DNA of 64,000 nt from an uncultured bacterium. GTDB taxonomy: Bacteria > Patescibacteriota > Minisyncoccia > Phycocordibacterales > GWA1-40-21. Position numbers and translations under genes: made by a program. Under the pieces are notes generated by a model. The model did no database searches and had not been told where the DNA came from. It saw only the letters and a list, made by a program, of their open reading frames with translations. The stretch lies in contig CAILDB010000014.1 of assembly GCA_903832855.1 (NCBI GenBank), forward strand, positions 128,144 to 192,143. The letters run 5' to 3'. This document shows positions 1 to 10,433 of the stretch, piece after piece (positions within the stretch are counted from its first letter, which is position 1; every line of letters begins with the position of its first letter).

Positions 1-2969
1 GTAATGTTCAAGCTGGTACATTGAATTCAACGATTTGGTCAGCACAAATTACTGATTCTATCAGAGCGATTAACCTTAAGAGCGTTGCTTTTAAAGTCAT
101 CGGTTCAATTCCATCAGGTGCACTTCAGAACATCAAACTTTATGTTTCCGGAATTCAAGTTGCTACAGCTAACGGAGTTGATGCAAATGGAATGATTACT
201 TTTGATCTTTCCGCAGCTCCATACAGAATTGACAGCAACAGAACTTTGGAAGTCAGAGCAGATGTTGTAAATGGTTCAGGAAGACAGTTTAGCGTTTCTC
301 TACAAAATGTTGCAGATCTTGCTGTCATTGACACAAGCTACAATGTAGGAGTTGCAGCTACAACAGGTATTCCAGCCGTTACAGGAACAATTACCATTTC
401 AAATGGTTCAGTGTCGGCCACTTTGGACTCAACATTGGGTTCACAGAACGTCGTCGCTGGTTCCACAAATGTTCCTTTGGCACGATACACATTGAAGGCA
501 TACGGTGAAGATCAGAAAATTTCTTATCTTGGTGCTGCAGTTACTACAGCCACCACAGCTTACAACATGGATAACGTAGCTATTTATGCTAACGGTATGC
601 AAGTTGGAAGCACACAGTCAGTTACAAATGGCGTAGCCAAAAGCTTCAGCTTAGGTTCAGCACTTATTATTCCAGCTGGTACTTCAGTTACCATTGAAAT
701 AAGAGGTGACCTTAAGGCAGCTAGTACAAACTTTGCCACAGGCACAACGGTTATCGCTAGCTTGTCGTACGGTACAGCCAACAACGCTCAGGGTTCATAT
801 TCTTCAACCTTAGCAAATGTTCCTTCTTCAGCTATCACAGGTCCTAGAATGACCGTATCTGGAGTTGGAGTTACTGTTGCAGTAAATGCAGCCGTAGCCA
901 ACTATTCAACTGTTGCAAATACATCAGCACAGAAGATTGGTTCATTCGTCATTCAAACAACTTCAGCAGAAGCTGCTAAAATTACACAGTTGACAGTTGC
1001 TCTTTCTGGAACTCTTCCAGCTACGACATCTATGTCAAACTTGTATCTCGCAGTCGCTGGACAAAACTCAACAACGCCTATTTCCCCAGCTACATCAAAT
1101 AACTTCTCAACCAACTTCACCATTCCAGCAAATAGCTCAACAGTCGTTGATGTCTATGCTGATATCGGTGCTCTTTATGGGACAACACCTATAACAAACA
1201 CAAACGCTTCGGCACAGACATTAACATCAGCAACAACAACTATTGGTATAGCAGGTAGTGGTACAGGTGCTTATGCTACCGGTACGGTTACAATTGCAAC
1301 TTCATCAGCAGCTGGTCTATGGTCATCTGTTGGTCAGGTCTACACCGTGACTATCAACGGTTTTGCATCCAACTATACAGTTGCTGCTCCCGTTGGTGTC
1401 TCTACATCCACAGCTATCGCTACTGGTTTGATTGATGCTATAAACATTAACTCAAATGTTAATGGAATTGTCACAGCATCAAACCTACCTGGTACAACAA
1501 CCGTGGTATTGATTACAGCCAAATCAACAGGAACTACACCGAATGCTTACGGCTTAGCCACATCACAGTCAGCCTCAACAACAGTCAACAATGCTACATT
1601 AGTTGGTGGTCTAAAGGCCGCAGTAAAACAAGTTGTCACAATTACACCAGCAAATGTTGAGGCAGGCGATACATTTACAGTGATAGTTGGAGGACTTTCA
1701 ACAACTTACACAGCTACCGCAGCTACAGTTGCTAACGTAACTGCAGGTTTGACAGCTGCTCTAAACGCAAGCACATCAGTAATCGCACTAGCTACTACAA
1801 CAGATACAGGTACAGCCATCACACTTACGGCTGGTTCTGCTGCTGTAGATACTCCTGCAATTACCGTATCAGCTGCTAATGGTACTCACGCAGGAACAAC
1901 AGGAGTATCCAACACAGCAATCACCACTCTTACAGCTACGGGTTATGGTGTAAACAGCAACGCTACAGTTAGTAGCATAGCAACAGGTCAAACAGTTACA
2001 GTCGGTGCCGGTACAGTTACTGGTCCTGTTCTTACAACTGCTACACCTGATTCACAATATGTCGTGGGAGGCACTTCATCAGTTATCGCTTATTACAACT
2101 TTATTGCTACCTATTCTTCAGCTACAATAGAGGAATTGTATTTCAGCGCAACTGGTACATCAGTTGATGTTACAGGTGATAACGCTATCACATCAATTAC
2201 TGCTGGAGGAGTTACTTCTCCAATAGTTTCAGGAGCAGTTTCTATCACAGGTCTTAACATCAATATTCCTACAGGATATGCTGGCTATAACCTTCCGGTT
2301 ACAGTTGCATTTAACACTGTTGGTATTGGAGGTGTTACATCAGATAAGACAATTGGTCTTGTCTTGAATGGCTTCAAGTATAAATCTGGAAATACAGAAT
2401 ATACAGTGGGAGCTGTTGGATTTAATTCCGCATCTGTCGCTATGCCATCTAATATGATGGATATCGTAGGTTCAAAACCAACAGTTGCAATCGCGAATCC
2501 TTCAACGGTAACAGCCGGTGCAGGAGGAAGTAATAAAGAGGTCGCTAGAGTCACAGTGTCAGCAGACGCAAAAGGAGACATTAAAGTTAATGCAATTCCT
2601 TTGTCTATGATTACTTCTGGTAATAGCACGGCTTCTTCAACCACCGTTTGGGTTAATAATTCTCAGATTACAACTGTAACTAACAATTTCCCTGCTCGTG
2701 ATATAGCTTCCACAACTGCAACTGCAGCTACAGGAACTGTTATGTTTGCAGGAGCTGGTTATAATATTCCTGCTGGTACTTCAGTAACATTTAGTATCCG
2801 CAGCACTATTGCCCTAGAAAATGACAGCACACAAAATGGTAATCTAAGAACAACTCTTGGATCCAAGTCATTGTTCTTGTGGTCAGATGTAAATGGAAAT
2901 ATTGCAAGCACAACAGGTGCCTATATCTTCAATTATCCAACCGACACAGCCGTTATCTCTGCTTATTAA
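1..2969 (+). CDS. Large Thr/Ser/Ala/Gly-rich secreted or cell-surface repeat protein (5' end outside window)
   Basis: The reading frame is open from nt 3, so the gene starts upstream. The product is at least 982 aa with extreme T/S/A/G/V bias and Ig-like repetitive blocks and no enzymatic motifs. A rho-independent terminator follows. Confidence 0.55.
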   Translation, partial: NVQAGTLNSTIWSAQITDSIRAINLKSVAFKVIGSIPSGALQNIKLYVSGIQVATANGVDANGMITFDLSAAPYRIDSNRTLEVRADVVNGSGRQFSVSLQNVADLAVIDTSYNVGVAATTGIPAVTGTITISNGSVSATLDSTLGSQNVVAGSTNVPLARYTLKAYGEDQKISYLGAAVTTATTAYNMDNVAIYANGMQVGSTQSVTNGVAKSFSLGSALIIPAGTSVTIEIRGDLKAASTNFATGTTVIASLSYGTANNAQGSYSSTLANVPSSAITGPRMTVSGVGVTVAVNAAVANYSTVANTSAQKIGSFVIQTTSAEAAKITQLTVALSGTLPATTSMSNLYLAVAGQNSTTPISPATSNNFSTNFTIPANSSTVVDVYADIGALYGTTPITNTNASAQTLTSATTTIGIAGSGTGAYATGTVTIATSSAAGLWSSVGQVYTVTINGFASNYTVAAPVGVSTSTAIATGLIDAININSNVNGIVTASNLPGTTTVVLITAKSTGTTPNAYGLATSQSASTTVNNATLVGGLKAAVKQVVTITPANVEAGDTFTVIVGGLSTTYTATAATVANVTAGLTAALNASTSVIALATTTDTGTAITLTAGSAAVDTPAITVSAANGTHAGTTGVSNTAITTLTATGYGVNSNATVSSIATGQTVTVGAGTVTGPVLTTATPDSQYVVGGTSSVIAYYNFIATYSSATIEELYFSATGTSVDVTGDNAITSITAGGVTSPIVSGAVSITGLNINIPTGYAGYNLPVTVAFNTVGIGGVTSDKTIGLVLNGFKYKSGNTEYTVGAVGFNSASVAMPSNMMDIVGSKPTVAIANPSTVTAGAGGSNKEVARVTVSADAKGDIKVNAIPLSMITSGNSTASSTTVWVNNSQITTVTNNFPARDIASTTATAATGTVMFAGAGYNIPAGTSVTFSIRSTIALENDSTQNGNLRTTLGSKSLFLWSDVNGNIASTTGAYIFNYPTDTAVISAY

Positions 2970-3012
2970 ACCACTTGTGCTCAAGCGTCTTTAAAAACGT
3001 TTGAGGGTTTGC

Positions 3013-3044
3013 AAAAACCACCCGAAAGGGTGGTTTTTGTTTTG
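3013..3044 (+). terminator. Rho-independent terminator (aaaaaccaccc-gaaa-gggtggttttt)
   Basis: A perfect 8-bp GC-containing stem with a GAAA loop is followed by a T-run, directly after the stop of the upstream gene. Confidence 0.6.
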
Positions 3045-3170
3045 TCTTTTTCCCCTGTCATTCCGACGCAGGCTGGGGTGACAAAGTTATCCACAGCCCT
3101 AATTTATTTGCATTATTTTTTAATGTGATATAATACAAACATTAAAAGCTTCGTTTAATTCATTATCAAA

Positions 3171-4706
3171 ATGGACTCATCAATAAATTCGAAAAAAGAA
3201 AAAATTCTCACTTGGATAGTGGTGGTGGTAGTTATTTTGGTTTTGGGATTTTTGGCAAATAATTACAAAAACCAAATCAAAAATTTTTTTGGTTTTGCTA
3301 CAGTAATTAGTTCATTGGATAATGCCACGACAGAGGGGTGGCACATTCATGGTTATGCATGGGGAGAAAATACAGGTTGGATTGATTTCGGGACAACACT
3401 TGGTGCCACATATGTCAGTGATACAGCACTTTATGGGTCTGCATATGGAGAAAACATTGGCTGGATAGTACTTAATCCTACAGGTAACGGTGGAGTCTCA
3501 AATGACGGCGATGGGCATCTTTCAGGTTTTGCTTGGGGTGAAAATGTGGGCTGGGTTGATTTTGGAACAACCACAAATATAACAAGTAGAACATATGGGG
3601 TTAATATTGCTACCACAACGGGAGTATTTTCTGGGTATGCTTGGGGAGAAAATGTCGGATGGATTAATTTTACAAATGGAACTGCTAGTACTACTTGGGT
3701 TCCGGCAATTGCAAGAACTTGTGATGGAGGACTCGGTGGTACAATAGCAAACGGGGCCTCTCTGACTTATTATGAAACAGCCACTGTCCCCTTTACTAAA
3801 CATTGTACTTCAGAATCTAGGGTCTGTACTGATGGCTCTTTATCAGGAACTTATACTTATCCTACATGTATAGTGGGAACTAAAGCTAGCGGCTCAAAAC
3901 CTTTACAAACGACTAGCACTACTACAGTTGCAACCACAACTACTGATACCGGTGCTATTAAAGTTATTACTCCACCAACTGCCACCACGACAGGCGGACA
4001 AGGCGGAGACAAAGACACAGGCACTGGTGCTGCAGGTGGGCAAAATCTTCCACCTATAAAGACTGTTGAGATACCGGTTGTTGTTCCTGAGACGCTTACT
4101 CTCACAGATTTGCCAACTTTCGGTGGCACTTCTTCTGGTGCAGGCTCATTTACTTTTGTTTCTTCAATTGATTCATTCTTATTTGCTCCACTTCCGGATG
4201 CAATTACAAGTGTCTTGAAAAAGTCGCCAGACCTAAAGAATTATCTTGCTTCAGTTGGTTTTTCTAGGGTGCAAGATTTTGTATCACTTACCAGTAACTC
4301 AATTCCTTTACCTGCATCACAAAATTCTCCACTTGCAAATCTATTTACTGTAACAAAGGGGACTGCAACCTTAAAAACTTTCATAACCAATGATTCAAAT
4401 TACAATTTAGTTCAGCTTGTCCGCGTCGCACCAAACACACCTCTTACCATTTCCTTAATTCCAATAAATAAAAATGATGTGACGGGTAAGTGGAATGATA
4501 GGATGATTTCTTTCTCATCAAATATAAATAATAGTCAAGTCACATTTGACCTTATTTCTCCAAAAGTTTCCGGCAGATATTTCCTCGTTACTCCCGCCTC
4601 ACTTCTGCCTTTAGCTGTTGAAGTTATTGCCACGCCCACACAGTCCGCAACAGATACCAAGCCAGTGACTTGGTGGTCTATAGTATTGGGGTGGTTTGGT
4701 CGGTAG
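3171..4706 (+). CDS. Membrane-anchored protein with 4x 'G[YF]AWGEN[TIV]GW[IV]xF' repeats and a Thr-rich linker
   Basis: There is an N-terminal hydrophobic helix (ILTWIVVVVVILVLGF). Four spaced copies of a Trp/Gly repeat lie at about nt 3339-3680. A poly-Thr linker and a C-terminal domain follow. Confidence 0.55.
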   Translation: MDSSINSKKEKILTWIVVVVVILVLGFLANNYKNQIKNFFGFATVISSLDNATTEGWHIHGYAWGENTGWIDFGTTLGATYVSDTALYGSAYGENIGWIVLNPTGNGGVSNDGDGHLSGFAWGENVGWVDFGTTTNITSRTYGVNIATTTGVFSGYAWGENVGWINFTNGTASTTWVPAIARTCDGGLGGTIANGASLTYYETATVPFTKHCTSESRVCTDGSLSGTYTYPTCIVGTKASGSKPLQTTSTTTVATTTTDTGAIKVITPPTATTTGGQGGDKDTGTGAAGGQNLPPIKTVEIPVVVPETLTLTDLPTFGGTSSGAGSFTFVSSIDSFLFAPLPDAITSVLKKSPDLKNYLASVGFSRVQDFVSLTSNSIPLPASQNSPLANLFTVTKGTATLKTFITNDSNYNLVQLVRVAPNTPLTISLIPINKNDVTGKWNDRMISFSSNINNSQVTFDLISPKVSGRYFLVTPASLLPLAVEVIATPTQSATDTKPVTWWSIVLGWFGR

Positions 4707-4753
4707 TTTAATGATACAATATTATTATTATTAACATTTATTAAAAAAATTAT

Positions 4754-5140
4754 ATGATTACATTTCAGTCAGGAGTTCTAGATAGAACACGTTTGTTTTC
4801 TAACCTTCTTATGGTTATTTTAGTTGCCGGAAACATATTCTTTAGCATTCAATATACCGAAGGTATAAGGCAACAAAGTGCTGCACAAACAGAGAATACC
4901 ACTATCAGAATTCAAGCATCTAAGCTTCTTAAACTTTTTGTTGATGTGGTTCTAAATACCGAAGGCAAGGCGATTTCTTATGATGATCGTGTTGCACTTG
5001 AAAATGACGTCAGACAAATGAAAGATGCTGATATCATCAATGGGTGGAATACTTTTGTTGCAAGTGCGGATGCAAAGACTGCTCAGCAAAATGCAGTGAA
5101 GCTCATGAAGTTGCTTACAAACAAGTTGCTTTTGAATTAA
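4754..5140 (+). CDS. Small hypothetical protein with N-terminal TM helix
   Basis: A 128-aa ORF with a hydrophobic segment (LLMVILVAGNIFFSI). It is co-oriented with its neighbours. Confidence 0.35.
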   Translation: MITFQSGVLDRTRLFSNLLMVILVAGNIFFSIQYTEGIRQQSAAQTENTTIRIQASKLLKLFVDVVLNTEGKAISYDDRVALENDVRQMKDADIINGWNTFVASADAKTAQQNAVKLMKLLTNKLLLN

Positions 5141-5191
5141 AATATTGTATTTTATAGAACAAAAAATATCAAGGAAATTCCTTGATATTTT

Positions 5192-6595
5192 TTGTTGCAC
5201 GCATTTAATAAATTTGATAAAATATCTTGTATGAAATGTTTTTTGAGAGCTTTTATTGCTCCCATATTTTTTTGTTTGTTTTTTACACTATATCCAAATT
5301 TTTCTTTTGCAGATACTTCTAAAATAATAAATATTGTTTTTACAGAAGATAGTGCTACAAGCGTGGCGGTAGGCGTTCCTTCCGAAAGTATTACGGTCCA
5401 AGCACAAAATATATTCGGGACCGGAGAAAAAATGGATATTTCTGGAGGAAAATTAACTTTAACCTCCTCTTCTCAATCTGGGGAATTTTCTGCATCACTT
5501 ACTAGCTGGGCAAAAATTATTGCGCCACTTACTGTGAATAGTAATTGGACAGGAAGGACTTTTTATTATAAAAATTCACAGGGTGGAATTGATACTTTGA
5601 CAGCTGTGCTTAATGTTGATGGTAAAACCTTTCCGGCAAGTCAAGCTATTAATGTTGGAGGAATTTCTCCTACATCCACAACTTCAAATGATAATGCTAC
5701 AACTAATGTCGAATCTCATACCGCCGTTGAAGAACTGACTACCTCTGAGGATGATTCCGTGACGACATTTACTGTGGGCGCTGGACGGGAAAGAGTAGCA
5801 TATGTGGGCTCACCAGTGATTTTTAAAGCAAATTATAAACAAACAAAAAGTTTGACGGGAAATAAAAAATTTAATTGGAACTTTGGAGACGGATATTCAG
5901 GAACTGGAGAAAATATATCTCATTCTTATAAACATTCTGGAGAATATGAAGTAGTTCTCAATGCATCAATAGGGGATTCGCATGGTTCTTCACGAACGAA
6001 AGTTACAGTTTTGGAGACAAATCTAGCGATGAGTATTTTATCAGATGAGTCTGTTTCTCTGGAAAATTTAGGAAAATATGAAGTAAATATCGGCGGATTT
6101 AGATTGAAATCATATTATAGAGATTACACTTTCCCGCAGGATACTATTATTGGTGTAGGAAAGAAAATTATTTTTGATAAAGATTGTACCAAACTTTCTG
6201 TAACCGGTAATATGGTTGAATTTTTAGATCCACAAAGTAAAGTGCTTTTGTCGTATATACCAGTAAAAGAACATCAGGAAGGGAATTTTGTTTTGGGTAC
6301 AACAACACAAAATATTTCTCTAGAAGATTCTGGGAAAAAAGATCTCGTCAGTGCAGAAGAAGTGGCTAAATTAGTAGAAGTTTTGACTTTAATAAATAAT
6401 GAAAAAGTTGTAAATAATACAGTACAAGCTTATCAGACGCCCAAAGATGAGCCATTAGTAATAGTGATTGCGTCTTCTTCTGATGAAAGTGCACCCCTTG
6501 TGCAAGAAAATAAAACTAGTTTTTGGTCAAAGGTTTTACATTTTCCAGCTACTATTTTCTATGGATTTTTTGGGGCTTTCTACCAGAACAATTAG
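5192..6595 (+). CDS. Secreted PKD-domain protein
   Basis: There is a signal-peptide-like N-terminus. A PKD signature is present (FNWNFGDGYSGTGENISHSYKHSGEYEVVLNASIGD). Confidence 0.55.
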   Translation: MLHAFNKFDKISCMKCFLRAFIAPIFFCLFFTLYPNFSFADTSKIINIVFTEDSATSVAVGVPSESITVQAQNIFGTGEKMDISGGKLTLTSSSQSGEFSASLTSWAKIIAPLTVNSNWTGRTFYYKNSQGGIDTLTAVLNVDGKTFPASQAINVGGISPTSTTSNDNATTNVESHTAVEELTTSEDDSVTTFTVGAGRERVAYVGSPVIFKANYKQTKSLTGNKKFNWNFGDGYSGTGENISHSYKHSGEYEVVLNASIGDSHGSSRTKVTVLETNLAMSILSDESVSLENLGKYEVNIGGFRLKSYYRDYTFPQDTIIGVGKKIIFDKDCTKLSVTGNMVEFLDPQSKVLLSYIPVKEHQEGNFVLGTTTQNISLEDSGKKDLVSAEEVAKLVEVLTLINNEKVVNNTVQAYQTPKDEPLVIVIASSSDESAPLVQENKTSFWSKVLHFPATIFYGFFGAFYQNN

Positions 6596-6742
6596 TGTTA
6601 TAATATGGTAAATGCTAAACAGGTCATTCTTAAAGTTTTTTATTACTTTTGCACTTATTATCGGTTTTAGTATTTTAGTTACAGGTATTTTAAATTCATT
6701 AGATAAAAGTGATAGTCAAAATGCTTCGGTTAATAGGTGAAG

Positions 6743-6770
6743 TTGACTTTATTTAGTAATTTGCTAGTAT
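6743..6770 (+). promoter_or_regulatory. Sigma70-like promoter upstream of rpsS (TTGACT-16-TAGTAT), followed by a 16-bp perfect palindrome AAGCTCATATGAGCTT at 6780-6795
   Basis: The -35 and -10 hexamers have 16-nt spacing. The palindrome lies between the promoter and the rpsS start. Confidence 0.4.
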
Positions 6771-6820
6771 GTTATATCAAAGCTCATATGAGCTTGTTTA
6801 TTTTGTTTTAGTAAAATTTT

Positions 6821-7162
6821 ATGGCACGATCACTTAAAAAAGGCCCATATGTAGACGAAAGACTTCTAAAGAAAATAGAAGGCAAAAAACCTATCGAAAC
6901 TGGGGTTATTAAAACATGGTCAAGAGCAAGTCAGATTTCTCCTGAAATGATTGGTTTTAATTTTGGTGTTCACAATGGCAGACAGCACATTGAAGTTCTC
7001 GTTACAGAAGATATGGTTGGACACAGACTTGGAGAATTTTCTCTTACAAGAAAGTTTACAAGACATGGAGGAAAAATGCAGAAAGATTTGGATATTAAGG
7101 CTAAAGAAGCTGAAGTCGCTACAGCAAAATCCGCTAAAGCCACTACAGAAACTAAAAAATAA
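6821..7162 (+). CDS. rpsS: 30S ribosomal protein S19 with Lys/Ala-rich C-terminal extension
   Basis: S19 motifs are present: [40 protein letters not shown]. Confidence 0.9.
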   Translation: MARSLKKGPYVDERLLKKIEGKKPIETGVIKTWSRASQISPEMIGFNFGVHNGRQHIEVLVTEDMVGHRLGEFSLTRKFTRHGGKMQKDLDIKAKEAEVATAKSAKATTETKK

Positions 7163-7164
7163 TT

Positions 7165-7611
7165 ATGATTACCGCAAGATTAAATGATTATAGACAGTCC
7201 CCAAGAAAAGTTAGATTAATCGCTAACTTGGTCAAAGGGAAGAAAGTCCTAGATGCAAAAAATATTTTAACTTTTGCGGTCAAGAGAGCATCTAAGCCGG
7301 TTGCCGATCTTTTGGAGTCCGCTATTGCAAATGCCAAGAATAATTTTAGTTTGGAAAAAGAAACACTTTTCATAAAAAACATTACAGTAGATGAAGGCGT
7401 AGTTTTGAAAAGAAGAATGCCAAGAGCACGAGGTATGGCGTATCCTATAAAGAAGAGAAACAGCCATATTTTCATAGAGCTCGATACAGTAGAAAATATG
7501 CCAAAAACAAAAAGCCAAATTAAAAAAGAGGCCTATGTTAAAAAGGTTTCCGATAAAAAAACAAATAATCCCAGTAGTAAAGCAAAGCTTACTACGGGAC
7601 TAAAGAAATAA
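7165..7611 (+). CDS. rplV: 50S ribosomal protein L22 with basic C-terminal extension
   Basis: The N-terminus ITARLNDYRQSPRKVRLIANLVKGKKVLDAKNIL is typical of L22. Confidence 0.9.
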   Translation: MITARLNDYRQSPRKVRLIANLVKGKKVLDAKNILTFAVKRASKPVADLLESAIANAKNNFSLEKETLFIKNITVDEGVVLKRRMPRARGMAYPIKKRNSHIFIELDTVENMPKTKSQIKKEAYVKKVSDKKTNNPSSKAKLTTGLKK

Positions 7612-7613
7612 TT

Positions 7614-8273
7614 ATGTCACACACAGTTCACCCATATTCACATAGACTAGGAATAATTAGAGGATGGAAATCCAGATGGTTTTCTGCTGGTAGTAATTAT
7701 CAGAAATTTTTGAAAGCAGACATCACACTTCGCGAATATTTAGAAAAGAAATTTAGAGGTATGTATGTTTCTGCTATTGAAATGGAAAGAAACGACAAAT
7801 CCTGCAGAATTATTATAAAAACATCAAGACCCGGAATTGTTATTGGTAGAAATGGAGAAGGAAGCGTAAAGATGAGACAAGACATTTTGAAATACGCAAA
7901 AAGAATGAAACTTTCTTTCCCAGAAGATTTTAAACTTGATATAGAAGAAGTGAAATCCCCAGAATCAAACGCGGCTATTGTTTCTCAAATGATTGCTGAA
8001 GGACTTGAGAAAAGAATGCCATTTAGAAGAGTTATGAAGCAAACTATTGAAAAGGTAATGGCTAACCGTGATGTTCAAGGTATTAGAGTTTATCTTGGCG
8101 GACGACTTGGCGGAGCTGAAATTGCAAGAAATGAGACTTTGAAAAAAGGTAGAATTCCACTTCAGACACTCAGAGCTGACATTGATTATTGTGCCGAAAA
8201 AGCTCATATGACATATGGAGATATTGGAATAAAGGTTTGGATATACAGAGGAGATATTTTCAATAAAAAATAA
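7614..8273 (+). CDS. rpsC: 30S ribosomal protein S3
   Basis: The motif HPYSHRLGIIRGWKSRWF is present, with a KH-domain region. Confidence 0.9.
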   Translation: MSHTVHPYSHRLGIIRGWKSRWFSAGSNYQKFLKADITLREYLEKKFRGMYVSAIEMERNDKSCRIIIKTSRPGIVIGRNGEGSVKMRQDILKYAKRMKLSFPEDFKLDIEEVKSPESNAAIVSQMIAEGLEKRMPFRRVMKQTIEKVMANRDVQGIRVYLGGRLGGAEIARNETLKKGRIPLQTLRADIDYCAEKAHMTYGDIGIKVWIYRGDIFNKK

Positions 8274-8283
8274 TTTTAATACC

Positions 8284-8700
8284 ATGTTATTTCCTAAAAA
8301 AGTAAAATTTAGAAAGAGCCACACATTCAGAGAACACCCTGACAAAATTGGAGTGGCAACAAGAGGGACAAAAGTTTCTTTCGGTTCTTTTGGTTTGAAG
8401 GCAATGGAACCAGGAAGAGTTACCGCCAATCAAATAGAATCAGCCAGAAAAACAATTGCTCACTCAATGAGTAAGACAGGAAAACTTTGGACCAGAATTT
8501 TTCCAGACAAGCCATATACACAAAAGCCCGCCGAAGTTAAAATGGGAAAGGGTAAAGGAGATGTGCAGGGTTATGAAGTTGCAATCAAACCAGGCCGAGT
8601 TCTTTTTGAGGTTGATGGTGCAGATGAAGCTTCTGCTCGAGAAATGCTTCGCAAAGGCGGTACCAAACTTCCAATCAAAACCAGAGTAATGGCAAGATAA
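8284..8700 (+). CDS. rplP: 50S ribosomal protein L16
   Basis: [40 protein letters not shown] matches the L16 N-terminus. Confidence 0.9.
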   Translation: MLFPKKVKFRKSHTFREHPDKIGVATRGTKVSFGSFGLKAMEPGRVTANQIESARKTIAHSMSKTGKLWTRIFPDKPYTQKPAEVKMGKGKGDVQGYEVAIKPGRVLFEVDGADEASAREMLRKGGTKLPIKTRVMAR

Positions 8701-8711
8701 AAAACAAAAAA

Positions 8712-8900
8712 ATGAAGGATTTAATTAAAAAAACAAAAATAGAACTTGAAGATACGCTTACCGAAAAGAGAGAAGCTCTTCGCAAATTTAGATTTGGTGT
8801 TTCCGGAAGCAAAATAAAAAATACAAAAGAAGGACATAATTTGAGAAAAGAAATCGCAAGAATTCTGACAGTAATAAGTGCTGGGCAATACAAAATTTAA
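8712..8900 (+). CDS. rpmC: 50S ribosomal protein L29
   Basis: The 62-aa helical product, ELEDTLTEKREALRKFRF, shows the L29 pattern. Confidence 0.85.
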   Translation: MKDLIKKTKIELEDTLTEKREALRKFRFGVSGSKIKNTKEGHNLRKEIARILTVISAGQYKI

Positions 8901-8905
8901 AAAAT

Positions 8906-9166
8906 ATGGAAAATACAATAGTAAAAAAGAATATCGGGAATGGTAAGATTTTGACTGGTAAAGTCGTTGCTACAAAGATGAAGGATACTATTACTGTATC
9001 TATCAGCTCTTACACAAAACATCCCAAGTATGGTAAGTTTATGAAAAGAGACAAAAAGTTTCTGGTTCATAGCCCAAACAATGTTCATATAGTTGGAGAA
9101 ACAATAGATATTGTTGAAACAAGACCAATTTCAAAAAACAAGCATTTTAAGGTTTTAGAAAAATAA
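8906..9166 (+). CDS. rpsQ: 30S ribosomal protein S17
   Basis: GKVVATKMKDTITVSI...HPKYGKFMKRDKKFLVH...GETIDIVETRPISKNKHFKV matches S17. Confidence 0.9.
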   Translation: MENTIVKKNIGNGKILTGKVVATKMKDTITVSISSYTKHPKYGKFMKRDKKFLVHSPNNVHIVGETIDIVETRPISKNKHFKVLEK

Positions 9167-9170
9167 AAAT

Positions 9171-9542
9171 ATGATACAAGACCGAACAATAGTCCAAATA
9201 GCAGACAACTCTGGTGCCAAAATAGGCAGAATTTTCAAGGTGCTTGGAAGCTCAAAAAAGAGATGGGCACAGATCGGAGAAGTTGTGATTCTTTCTGTCC
9301 AAAAAGCCGAGCCCAGAAAAGCTGTCAAAAAGAAAGATGTGTTGTATGGAGTTGTGGTCAGACAAAGAAAACCACTAAAAAGAAAAGATGGTTCATACAT
9401 TAGATTTGATGAAAATGCAGTTGTGATTTTGGAAAAAGGCAAAATGGACCCTATCGCAGGCCGTGTTTTCGGTCCAATTCCAAGAGAGCTCGTTGAGCTT
9501 GGTTATCAGAAAATCGTTTCTTTAGCCGCAGAAATAGTTTAA
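9171..9542 (+). CDS. rplN: 50S ribosomal protein L14
   Basis: MIQDRTIVQIADNSGAK...VVRQRKPLKRKDGSYIRFDENAVVIL matches L14. Confidence 0.9.
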   Translation: MIQDRTIVQIADNSGAKIGRIFKVLGSSKKRWAQIGEVVILSVQKAEPRKAVKKKDVLYGVVVRQRKPLKRKDGSYIRFDENAVVILEKGKMDPIAGRVFGPIPRELVELGYQKIVSLAAEIV

Positions 9543-9550
9543 ATATAAAT

Positions 9551-9856
9551 ATGAAATTAAAAGTAAAAAAAGGAGATAATATAATGGTGATGGCCGGAAA
9601 GGACAAAGGCAAGACAGGAAAGATTGTGAAAGCAATTCCTGCCGAAGGCCTTGTTGTCGTGGAGGGAATTAATATGCACAAGAAACATCAGAAAGCGACA
9701 AAATCCGGTTCCAAAGGTCAGACAATAGAAAAGGCGATGCCGATAGATGCTTCAAATGTGATGCTTATGGAAAACGGAAAAGCTGTGAGGTCTGCCAGAA
9801 AAATTATCGCTGGAAAGTCAGTCAGAGTAAGCAAAAAAACAGGTAAGGAAATATAA
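9551..9856 (+). CDS. rplX: 50S ribosomal protein L24
   Basis: KKGDNIMVMAGKDKGKTGKIVK...VVVEGINMHKKHQK has the KOW motif of L24. Confidence 0.85.
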   Translation: MKLKVKKGDNIMVMAGKDKGKTGKIVKAIPAEGLVVVEGINMHKKHQKATKSGSKGQTIEKAMPIDASNVMLMENGKAVRSARKIIAGKSVRVSKKTGKEI

Positions 9857-9864
9857 AAAATACC

Positions 9865-10425
9865 ATGAAATCAATTTCATTAAAAGAAAAACAGAATAAA
9901 GCATTTGAGGCACTCAAGGGGACGCTCTCTCTCAAAAACAAAATGCAGACACCAAAAGTCACAAAAGTTGTGGTGAATGTTGGCGTGGGCTCACTCAAAG
10001 ATAAAAATAAATTGAAAGTTATTGAAGATAGAATCCAGAGAATTACCGGACAGAAAGGAATGCAAAAAGGTGCCAAGCAATCCATTGCTTCATTTAAAGT
10101 AAGAGAAGGGGACATCGTCGGAGTTGCCGTCACACTTCGAGGTCAGAGAATGTTTGATTTTCTAGACAAGCTCGTCTATGTAGCATTTCCTAGAACAAAG
10201 GACTTTCGAGGTATTTCTAAAAGTGGTATAGACCAAATGGGAAATTTTAGCATTGGTATAAAAGAAAACTCTGTTTTTCCTGAATGTTCTGACGAAGATT
10301 TGAAAGATGTTTTTGGAATGTCGGTAACTGTGGTCACTACCGCAAAAGACAAAAAGACCGCCGAGACTTTTTTTGAATATTTAGGTTTTCCTTTTAAAAA
10401 AGAGGTGAAGGAGGTGGTTAAATAA
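9865..10425 (+). CDS. rplE: 50S ribosomal protein L5
   Basis: KVVVNVGVGS...MFDFLDKLVYVAFPRTKDFRGIS...GNFSIGIKE matches L5. Confidence 0.9.
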   Translation: MKSISLKEKQNKAFEALKGTLSLKNKMQTPKVTKVVVNVGVGSLKDKNKLKVIEDRIQRITGQKGMQKGAKQSIASFKVREGDIVGVAVTLRGQRMFDFLDKLVYVAFPRTKDFRGISKSGIDQMGNFSIGIKENSVFPECSDEDLKDVFGMSVTVVTTAKDKKTAETFFEYLGFPFKKEVKEVVK

Positions 10426-10433
10426 AATTTTAA

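Noticed and set aside
6951-7187. 78-aa ORF in an alternative frame overlapping rpsS, plus similar out-of-frame or antisense ORFs across the ribosomal operon (e.g. 7188-7475, 8675-8893, 9155-9442, 9822-10133)
   Set aside because: They fully overlap well-supported ribosomal protein genes. AT-rich sequence yields Lys/Phe/Ile-rich spurious ORFs.
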